From: Clostridiales bacterium
GTDB lineage: Bacteria > Bacillota > Clostridia > Christensenellales > CAG-314
Reading direction: 5' to 3'
Length of the DNA: 64,000 nucleotides
Assembly: GCA_022508345.1 (NCBI GenBank)
Contig: JAFLVK010000001.1
Coordinates: 164,371 to 228,370 of the forward strand
Part shown: positions 47,824 to 55,368 of the stretch, piece by piece
Numbering within the stretch: position 1 is the first letter of the stretch
Layout: each line of letters starts with the position of its first letter
Translations under genes and position numbers: made by a program
The notes under the pieces: generated by a model
Database searches by the model: none
What the model saw: the letters and a program-made list of their open reading frames with translations, nothing else
What the model was told of the DNA's origin: nothing

Positions 47824-49719
47824 TTATTTTGTTTTACCATACTGTTTCATCACATCTCTTAGACATATCTCATTCACTTTATCAAAAAAATTATGATCAA
47901 ACATGCTACCGACAAAATAGTTCTCTATACGCAGTTTATATCGCCCGATACTCATTTGATTTTCTTGATAAACTATTTTATCTCTATAATTAAAAATACA
48001 GAAATCACAATCATAGAATTTAAAGAGTTTATAGATATTTACTTCACCCTCGAACACCTTTTTTAGTTTGCGTATCTTAACATAATCTTCAAATAATGTC
48101 CCTCTGTCAAATGGCAAAATAAAATTGTCAAAATCCATGATATACACATCATCCTTTACAATAACACCATCTACTGTTCCAGAGTGTATAACAATGCTCT
48201 TTATACTATAAAATTTTTTGCTTTTAATTTTTATTCTTTTTTTCTCAAATGCTTCAAAAACGAAGTTCATATTGTTTTTGTAAAAAGAAACAATTCGATT
48301 CAACTGCTTTACATCATCTAAATATTTGACTGATTCTCTTGTTTCTAACTCATGTCCAGTTCTACTTTTACATTCGCAAAAAACGAAAGTATCATTCATA
48401 TAAAACACGGCATCACATTCATATTCTTCCCTATCTACATGATGATGCATCTGCACATACGGAGTTTTGGTTAAATCTAAAAATCTATATAAATTTTTTT
48501 CAAAATTATGTCCTTTGATATCAATATTAATATCTTGACTGTTAAACCTCGAAATGACAGACCTCGCTGCGTGAATCCATTTTGTAATAGAAAGACAAAT
48601 GGCATACTTATTGTTTATTGGAATAAATGGATAATCGTATAAATCTGTCGCACCTTTGCGTAGTATCATGTTATCAAAAACGATTGTCGCACTCTCTACA
48701 GGAATTCCATTTTTTACAAATATATTAATCCATTGCTTTTTAGTCTTACAATAAATGTGATTAGATAGAATTTTTGAAAAAGACACAATATCTTTGTTAG
48801 AGTTATTTTGGCTTATTTTATAAATAATCACATAGGCTTTAATCCAATATTTTATTTTAACACTTTTTATTTCGATGTCTGCACTTTCGCAGTAAAAGTG
48901 CTTATCCAATATTTTTTGACTAGTGTACTCCATCACTTTGGGAGTCAAATTTCTAAACGGTTTAATATAAAAATAATATTCATGAAGCGCGTTATTTTCA
49001 TAGATAAAACTCATTATTTTTTCTTTTATATACGGACTCGTGTACTGTGTGAGCCTTATCTTATCAAGTATAGATAGGTGAACTTCTTTATCATTTATTA
49101 TTTCTAAACCATAAATGTTCTTTTTCCAATAATTATATTTTTCATGCCACATGGAAACGTTGTATGAGTTAATTAAATACTCCATCACGCACCTTTTATA
49201 TTTAAATGGTGACGACAAAGCATCTGCGTCATTTAAACTACACATAAACTTACTATCGCTATACACTTTTTCATTGTATATTAAGGACTTTATTGCTTGT
49301 ATGGTAAGTTCCGCATTTTTTTCATATGCCGTGACGCTGTCTGCATGTTTTCCCTTGAAAAAGTCTTTTGCTTTAGCAGACTCGTATTTTTCAACATTAT
49401 ATGATCCCCAATAAAGTAAAAGCGGCAAAATTAAGTTGGGTGGGACAGCATCGATTTTGCTTTGCAACCTTGCGCATTCCTCAAATATAGCATTTATTAT
49501 GTTTATTTCCTCGAGATAAGCTATAGCTTCTTTTATTTGAAGTTTCTCCAAAATGTCATCAACCAACTTATTGAATTTATGAGTCCCACGAACATCAACT
49601 AAAAAGTCACAACTCTTTAATTCTTTAATATTCTCAAGGAAATTTCCATTTTGAATTAAGTTACATAACTCTTCCGTATCACTATTATCAATAATTCTAT
49701 CTACAGTTTTTTTATTCAT
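47824..49719 (-). CDS. Uncharacterised 631-aa protein with PD-(D/E)xK nuclease-like core
   Basis: AT-rich ORF with a 14-nt gap to the upstream gene. GHNFEKNLYRFL...EYECDAVFYMNDTFVFCECKS fits E...D...ExK. The N-terminal ~400 aa has no motif I recognise. Confidence 0.7.
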   Translation of the reverse strand: MNKKTVDRIIDNSDTEELCNLIQNGNFLENIKELKSCDFLVDVRGTHKFNKLVDDILEKLQIKEAIAYLEEINIINAIFEECARLQSKIDAVPPNLILPLLLYWGSYNVEKYESAKAKDFFKGKHADSVTAYEKNAELTIQAIKSLIYNEKVYSDSKFMCSLNDADALSSPFKYKRCVMEYLINSYNVSMWHEKYNYWKKNIYGLEIINDKEVHLSILDKIRLTQYTSPYIKEKIMSFIYENNALHEYYFYIKPFRNLTPKVMEYTSQKILDKHFYCESADIEIKSVKIKYWIKAYVIIYKISQNNSNKDIVSFSKILSNHIYCKTKKQWINIFVKNGIPVESATIVFDNMILRKGATDLYDYPFIPINNKYAICLSITKWIHAARSVISRFNSQDINIDIKGHNFEKNLYRFLDLTKTPYVQMHHHVDREEYECDAVFYMNDTFVFCECKSRTGHELETRESVKYLDDVKQLNRIVSFYKNNMNFVFEAFEKKRIKIKSKKFYSIKSIVIHSGTVDGVIVKDDVYIMDFDNFILPFDRGTLFEDYVKIRKLKKVFEGEVNIYKLFKFYDCDFCIFNYRDKIVYQENQMSIGRYKLRIENYFVGSMFDHNFFDKVNEICLRDVMKQYGKTK

Positions 49720-49733
49720 TCAATATACCCATA

Positions 49734-50987
49734 TTAATTTAAAGCTGAATTATGGACAATAATCGTCTTAGAACTAATGATTTCTCTCGGTTCTGCGAGT
49801 CTTACAATCTCATACTCAAAGCTGGCCACACCTATTTTTTGTTGATATACAGTGAGATTATTTTTCTTTGCAATTTGCATGAGTCGTTCTTTATTCTCTT
49901 TAGATATATCTTTCCCCATATAAATCCCTGTGGCAAAAGGAAACCATATTAAACCCGGCTCTTCTCCGCCGATTACAATTCTCCATTCTTGCTCATTCGA
50001 ATACTTCGGGTTTTTCATAAGCGTTTGCAGATGTAGTTTTGTTGCCATATCTGGATCATGGGAGGTGTTCTTTATTTCGAACAATGTATCATGGTATTGT
50101 AGAAATTGAAATTTATATGAGTTAAATTTCGGTCTTCGTTCCGTATAAAATACAGGTAATAATCCTTTCAACGCATATACTGAACTTTCAACATCCAGCA
50201 AATCGAATCTTATTCCTTGAGTAAAATCATATCTAATACAAAAGCCACCATAATTGTCCGCATATTCTTCCCACATTTTAGGGTTGTTATTAGTTTCAGT
50301 CAAACTGCAAACATATCTTGCTTTTCGATTTAAATCGATTGTAGACGAACACCATTCCTCACAGTGTGCCTTATACCAATCAAGCAATCCCTGTGCTCTG
50401 CCGCGCTGTGATATTTCTTGATCGAACAGCACAATTTTTTTTACAATTTTCTCCCGTTGTTCTATCGGATACTTTTTCTTTATATATTTTTGTGTTCTCT
50501 TAACATTTAATACTAAATCGTCATTATAACAATGTGCAAAAAATATGTTTCTTACTTCTTCTGGCGTTAATGAATTTTCGTCTTTAGAAAGGTTATCTTC
50601 ATTGTTGACATAAATGTAGGAGGCAAAAACAAACCATTTTGCAAGCCTTTTTATTTTACTTTTCGGCAGGTTCTTGATTGAAAAAGGTAGTCTACAATCG
50701 TATGGATCCATAAATTGTTCAGCCGAAGATACCCAAATACTGTTATCTTCTAACGCTTTGAAATTGTTCGCATTGCAACTTCGATATTTAAACAAACACT
50801 TCGGAACCGTCTTCAGGTGATCCAAAATATATCCTAAATCATCAAACTTTTTTCGCTGCTCGGATATTTTCAGCGAAGCCCAAATAGAATTCGGATCTTC
50901 TGACATTTCTCTAAAATACTCTTCAAGCAACATGTTCCTTATGTATCGTTCAGTTTTTTTGAGTCGATATTTTTGTTTTAACTTCAT
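49734..50987 (-). CDS. DUF2971-like protein
   Basis: CLFKYRSCNANNFKALEDNSIWVSSAEQFMDPYDCRLPF reproduces the DUF2971 N-terminal signature (L.KYRs...l....lw.s....fNDP.E), with a later EQEWRIVIG block. RBS is AAGGAGAA. Confidence 0.7.
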   Translation of the reverse strand: MKLKQKYRLKKTERYIRNMLLEEYFREMSEDPNSIWASLKISEQRKKFDDLGYILDHLKTVPKCLFKYRSCNANNFKALEDNSIWVSSAEQFMDPYDCRLPFSIKNLPKSKIKRLAKWFVFASYIYVNNEDNLSKDENSLTPEEVRNIFFAHCYNDDLVLNVKRTQKYIKKKYPIEQREKIVKKIVLFDQEISQRGRAQGLLDWYKAHCEEWCSSTIDLNRKARYVCSLTETNNNPKMWEEYADNYGGFCIRYDFTQGIRFDLLDVESSVYALKGLLPVFYTERRPKFNSYKFQFLQYHDTLFEIKNTSHDPDMATKLHLQTLMKNPKYSNEQEWRIVIGGEEPGLIWFPFATGIYMGKDISKENKERLMQIAKKNNLTVYQQKIGVASFEYEIVRLAEPREIISSKTIIVHNSALN

Positions 50988-51191
50988 TTATTCTCCTTAG
51001 CATTTCGCTCTCACATTTTTATTATTTTGGTCTATAAATAATGAATGAGTGATATACTTATTGCCATGTGCTTGGATGTGATATTCCCATAATAAATTTT
51101 TTTTACCAATTCTCAAAATGTTCACCACGCATTCTAATAACAATTTATTTTACTGCTATCTCATCGCTTTCGAATTTCATAATATTGTCGA

Positions 51192-51512
51192 CTACCTTCC
51201 ACTTCTACTGCCTACAATATTTTTCTTTTTGTTATTATGGTAATGTCCGTGAAATTGTATAGACTTGCTTTTATTCGTTTTATTGAGACTAATATATGTA
51301 GTAATATTAGTTGTTTTACTAACCGGTTGTCTCATTTCTACTTTTGCAATGTCAATTTCAACTTTGTTGCGATGTATCTCCTGGTTAATTTGCCAATATT
51401 TACTCGGTTCATAAAATTCACTTACATTAGATCTTTTACTACGTAAGCGCTGAATATTTTTATCTGCAATTCTAATTCTCTCTTGTGGTGTTTTATTTTT
51501 AAATATAAACAT
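51192..51512 (-). CDS. Small basic protein (106 aa), unknown function
   Basis: Start moved to ATG 51512 (MFIFKNKTPQERIRI), which has AAGGTGGA 8 nt upstream and removes the overlap with the RNase III-like gene. Lys/Arg/Asn-rich. No homology recognised. Confidence 0.55.
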   Translation of the reverse strand: MFIFKNKTPQERIRIADKNIQRLRSKRSNVSEFYEPSKYWQINQEIHRNKVEIDIAKVEMRQPVSKTTNITTYISLNKTNKSKSIQFHGHYHNNKKKNIVGSRSGR

Positions 51513-51531
51513 TTCTAAATTCCACCTTAAA

Positions 51532-52515
51532 TTATTTCTCATCTTGTTCGAGTACATATAACAGCATTGAGTATGCTGATGCCTTTTTAGCTTCTTTCTT
51601 TAGAGGCGCTGTCTCCCTAAAGCAAATATCATATTCTTCTATACTACATGTACAAGTCCAAAAAGTATTGTTGTGCACGTCCAATTGTTCTTCGAATAAA
51701 TACTCGGGCATCGAAAAATATTCCTTTTGCGCCAATTCCTGCAATTGATTTATTGCATTGTCTAACGATGGTTCGTCGATTTCATCTGCCATAGAGTACA
51801 TCCTCCCACTATCTTCTAGATAGCGATAAACTTGTTTTGCTGCCTCCATTCGGGCTTCATTCTTTGTCATTCCATCGCCTGAAAATTTGTAGCCATCAAC
51901 ATTTACTGTACAATGATAATAATCCCACGTAAACTTAAATCTATAATTCGGCGCCTTGCCAAATTCCTTTTGATGCCACTGTTGAACTAAAGCGACATAG
52001 TTATTGTCCTCAGTGAAACTATTTTGAATATAATGATCAATATCCAACATAAGACCGACTACTTCTTGTATGATTTCAAGATCCCAATTACAGTCCAGTG
52101 TTACAGCTCCTACGATAGCTTCAAATAAATCCTCTTTAACATGAGTATCCTCGGCAACATTTTGCTTAATATCGCCGTTTCCCATTATCAAATATTTTTG
52201 AAATCCGAACAACTCAGTTCTGCTGGCGAGCATTTTGCTTTTCACAAGCCGTTTCTTGATTTCGGTCAGCTTTCCTTCAGTGCGTTTTGAGATAAATTCT
52301 TCTTCCTCAGTAAATTCGCCATAATACTCTATAAGTGTTTTCATTACGGCAATATCAAGAGCTTTATCTCCAATAAACTCCAATACCTCATTATCTTCAC
52401 TTTCTGGATGCTCTTGCGAATAGGATTTTCTGATAAACGCCTGCTGTAACAACATTTTGTTATCAAACTGATATCCAATTTGTTTTTCAATTTCTCTTAG
52501 TTCTTTTTTTGTCAC
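51532..52515 (-). CDS. RNase III-like ribonuclease with two C-terminal dsRBD-like domains
   Basis: RNase III signature NEVLEFIGDKALD and second acidic cluster KEDLFEAIVGAVTLD. dsRBD-like 1 is NYRFKF...GDGMTKNEARMEAAKQVYRYL. dsRBD-like 2 is MPEYLFEE...TAPLKKEAKKASAYSMLLYVL. GTG start with GGAGG 10 nt upstream. Confidence 0.8.
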   Translation of the reverse strand: MTKKELREIEKQIGYQFDNKMLLQQAFIRKSYSQEHPESEDNEVLEFIGDKALDIAVMKTLIEYYGEFTEEEEFISKRTEGKLTEIKKRLVKSKMLASRTELFGFQKYLIMGNGDIKQNVAEDTHVKEDLFEAIVGAVTLDCNWDLEIIQEVVGLMLDIDHYIQNSFTEDNNYVALVQQWHQKEFGKAPNYRFKFTWDYYHCTVNVDGYKFSGDGMTKNEARMEAAKQVYRYLEDSGRMYSMADEIDEPSLDNAINQLQELAQKEYFSMPEYLFEEQLDVHNNTFWTCTCSIEEYDICFRETAPLKKEAKKASAYSMLLYVLEQDEK

Positions 52516-52736
52516 AAAAAAATACCTCCGTTGTAAAATTTACACGAAGGTATAATAATAGCCTAACGATAAGAGTATAGTATTCCCCTCTAAATTTCGT
52601 TAGGCACCATATATTAAAATAAATTACATAAATCATTTTTATTTGAATTAAGCCACTGCCAACCCAATTCAAATAACCCTATTTTATGTTCAGCATTTTA
52701 ATCTATTATACCCTCGGGTTAGATTTATTTTAGCAT

Positions 52737-52765
52737 CTCTTAACTAATTTGTCAATAGATGCATC
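52737..52765 (-). promoter_or_regulatory. Near-consensus promoter (TTGACA-17-TAAAAT) for module 1, giving a ~215-nt leader
   Basis: Minus strand reads TTGACA aattagttaagagatgc TAAAAT. The leader contains hairpins atttgaatt/aattcaaat (52643-52676) and gcctaacga/tcgttaggc (52561-52604). Confidence 0.55.
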
Positions 52766-52977
52766 AAAATTATATGTTGTTTTACGTAAATTCAAAACAA
52801 CTTGAACTAACGACATAATATTCATCATTGTTGCTTTTACATAATTAAGACTACCATTTACATAGCAATCGAACAATAAGTTCATTACCGTTCAATGCTG
52901 CCACTATGTTTTTTGTTGTTATGCAAAATTTCTTTAGAGATTTTGATACCATATTTTGTTATATATTGTCGAAAAAT

Positions 52978-53250
52978 GTCAGAAGCCTTGACATCATAAA
53001 TTCGATTTTGAATATTTTAACCATTTGACATCATTTTGCACAAAAAAGACGGTAAACTCGTGATAAAATTAGGATTTTTTAACCACCTTACCAATTTTCT
53101 CGTTTGCACAACGGATTTTTCCCCAATTTTCCCATATACGGAACAGGAATCCTTTACATCATTTAAGATGTAACATATACCTTATCGGATTTGCCAGATT
53201 AAAAAGCAGCAAAAAATAACTTTCCCCAATTTATTGAGAAATGGGGAAAG
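52978..53250. repeat. Direct repeat copy B (~273 bp), 3' of module 2 and upstream of module 1
   Basis: Aligns with 47451-47725. The hairpin tttccccaattt...aaatggggaaa (53221-53249) starts 7 nt after the stop of 53256-53852 and is followed by UUAUUUUUU on the minus strand. Confidence 0.8.
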
Positions 53251-53255
53251 TTTGA

Positions 53256-53852
53256 TTAGTTGTTATCTTCAATATTCTTATAATGTGCTTTGTATACCAC
53301 GGTATTACCCGTGACGTTATCCAACCGTACATTTCTAAATTTTTTATATCTAATTTTGTTATCTATTAATGTAAAAACTACGGTAACATAAGTCTCTGTC
53401 TCTCTTATGGCCGGAAAATTCGGAAATATAAAATAACCCATAATTGCCGAATATGCCGGAACTACAAGCGGCACCTGTAGTCGTAATGATTTACTATCCT
53501 GTGGTATGCCGCTTCTCTGACCAAACGTTAGATTAAACGGTGCGATATCATAAATTGAACCTACTGTTTCAGCATGATACTGCATATTTTCATATTCTAT
53601 GTAAATATCTGCAATTGTACCACCCACCGAAGAATTATTGTAAAAACTTAATCTTAAATCCACCAAAGTTTTAAAACCCACACCTTCAAATACAGCATCT
53701 GCATATGACAATGTGCCAAAATTCTTCTTTAGCCTAACACCTATTTTAGGTTTTGAATGCCGAAAGTGTATAATACAAGAAACGACTGCTGCAATTGCTG
53801 AAACTGCAGCACAAATCGAAGAAATCATTGCTATTAACTCTGACGTTTTCAT
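53256..53852 (-). CDS. N-terminally membrane-anchored 198-aa protein, unknown function (last gene of module 2)
   Basis: One strong TM helix (LIAMISSICAAVSAIAAVVSCII) followed by a beta-rich soluble domain. RBS AAGAGG. Confidence 0.65.
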   Translation of the reverse strand: MKTSELIAMISSICAAVSAIAAVVSCIIHFRHSKPKIGVRLKKNFGTLSYADAVFEGVGFKTLVDLRLSFYNNSSVGGTIADIYIEYENMQYHAETVGSIYDIAPFNLTFGQRSGIPQDSKSLRLQVPLVVPAYSAIMGYFIFPNFPAIRETETYVTVVFTLIDNKIRYKKFRNVRLDNVTGNTVVYKAHYKNIEDNN

Positions 53853-53903
53853 TTGTTACCTCTTAAAACGCGTAAAATCTGATTTATTAAACACATGCAC
53901 ATT

Positions 53904-55355
53904 TTAACTGTTATTGATTTCATCGTACTTTTTTAATAAAAAGTCACTAATTGTATTGTCGATTTTCCTTTGTTGCAATAATTCAATTATTTCCTCATCC
54001 GTTATATGTATTATCCAGCCACGCCCATCCTTTACTGTGTCCATTTCACATTGAATAAATTTTTGCGGATCATCCAAATATCTACAGCAAATAATACCGA
54101 ATTTTCCTCTATTTGCAGAAAATCTCCCTGACATTTGATCCAATTCTGGGTTTGCAATGTCTTTAGAATAATTCTTACACTCTACCATAATTAAACTGCA
54201 TGGTACATTATAGGTCGTACCTAAATAATGTAAGAATCCACTCTCAGCAATATTATTGAACACAATATCTATGCGCTTTCTGCCGTCATTTATCTCCTTC
54301 TCGATTTTGGGATGAGCAATATATGGATAGAAAAGCAACTCTAAAATTCCGCTAATCAGTCGATGATACCTTGTCGCATGCTCACTTCCCGGTGGTATAG
54401 ATTTAAGCGCCTCTATAAGATTATCGATAATTTCTTCTATATCTTCATCGCTTATATCATCTAATTCTCCATATGATATCTTTTGAATAATCTCATTTTT
54501 AAATTTGCTCAGCACATCAGGATTTTCTTTTGTAAAACGTGATAACCAATTTTTTGTTAAAAATTCGCCACGACTTTCGTAATCTGCTACAATGTCTTTC
54601 TTACAAACCTTAGCATTTTTTAGTGATCCATTTTTGTCGTATGTTTTTCGAACCAAATGCGTGTCCTCTTTTAAGTTTTTCTCTTTTAAAAATTCAAGCA
54701 CATATTGATTCAAGAATTCCTGTGCGTTGTAATATTTTGCGTCAGAAACTAAATTTTTAGGAAACAATAGATATCTTTTCCCATCTATTACCAGTGTTTC
54801 GTGGTGTCCTCTATCCCAACGTGTAGCAGTTTTATTCCAATAGTAGCCAACCTCAGCATTAGTTAACTTTATACCCAATAACTCACACTGTTCCTTAGTG
54901 TACTTAATAAGTGGATATTTTATAATATTAGCAACCATATCAGAAACCTTGTCCTTATCCACACCTTCGACGAACAATCTTAAATCTTCAATATGTTCTG
55001 CTACCCCATCATTTATTGCGCAACTTTTCTTGATTGCTTCAAAAATCGTTCGCGCGTTTACTCGTCCAACGCCTTTACCCGCCGGCTTGCCACGACTCAT
55101 TCCTAAGCATATCTCATTAACTTCTCCCAAATGATTAAAAAGCTCAAACGCACGTTCTTCATCATATTGTAATAAGTATAAAAATCTATTAAAAAAGGTT
55201 TCTATGTACTCATTACATTCAGCTAAAAAAGCATCTTCCTTCCGGGAAATATAATAAGGATCGAAAAACATATATGTGTCGAGTTCTATTTCATAGTCAT
55301 AAAAATCCAATTCCAGTTGAGACTTCTTAAGCCCTAATTTCTCACTTATTTTCAT
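53904..55355 (-). CDS. 483-aa protein with novel N-terminal region and C-terminal restriction-endonuclease-fold (Mrr/NERD-like) domain
   Basis: C-terminus EHATRYHRLISGILE...GRKRIDIVFNN...SLIMVECKNYSKDIANPELDQMSGRF fits E...D...ExK. Start set at ATG 55355 after GGAGGAATT. Confidence 0.7.
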   Translation of the reverse strand: MKISEKLGLKKSQLELDFYDYEIELDTYMFFDPYYISRKEDAFLAECNEYIETFFNRFLYLLQYDEERAFELFNHLGEVNEICLGMSRGKPAGKGVGRVNARTIFEAIKKSCAINDGVAEHIEDLRLFVEGVDKDKVSDMVANIIKYPLIKYTKEQCELLGIKLTNAEVGYYWNKTATRWDRGHHETLVIDGKRYLLFPKNLVSDAKYYNAQEFLNQYVLEFLKEKNLKEDTHLVRKTYDKNGSLKNAKVCKKDIVADYESRGEFLTKNWLSRFTKENPDVLSKFKNEIIQKISYGELDDISDEDIEEIIDNLIEALKSIPPGSEHATRYHRLISGILELLFYPYIAHPKIEKEINDGRKRIDIVFNNIAESGFLHYLGTTYNVPCSLIMVECKNYSKDIANPELDQMSGRFSANRGKFGIICCRYLDDPQKFIQCEMDTVKDGRGWIIHITDEEIIELLQQRKIDNTISDFLLKKYDEINNS

Positions 55356-55368
55356 AATTCCTCCTAAA

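Noticed and set aside
51513-51557. Longer ORF-track start (51557) for the small basic protein, overlapping the RNase III-like gene
   Set aside because: The internal ATG at 51512 has a strong AAGGTGGA RBS at ideal spacing and avoids a 26-nt overlap. The upstream ATG has no RBS.
52487-52672. 61-aa minus-strand ORF in the module 1 leader
   Set aside because: It overlaps the RNase III-like gene's RBS and start, has no RBS of its own, and its sequence is low-complexity AT-driven.
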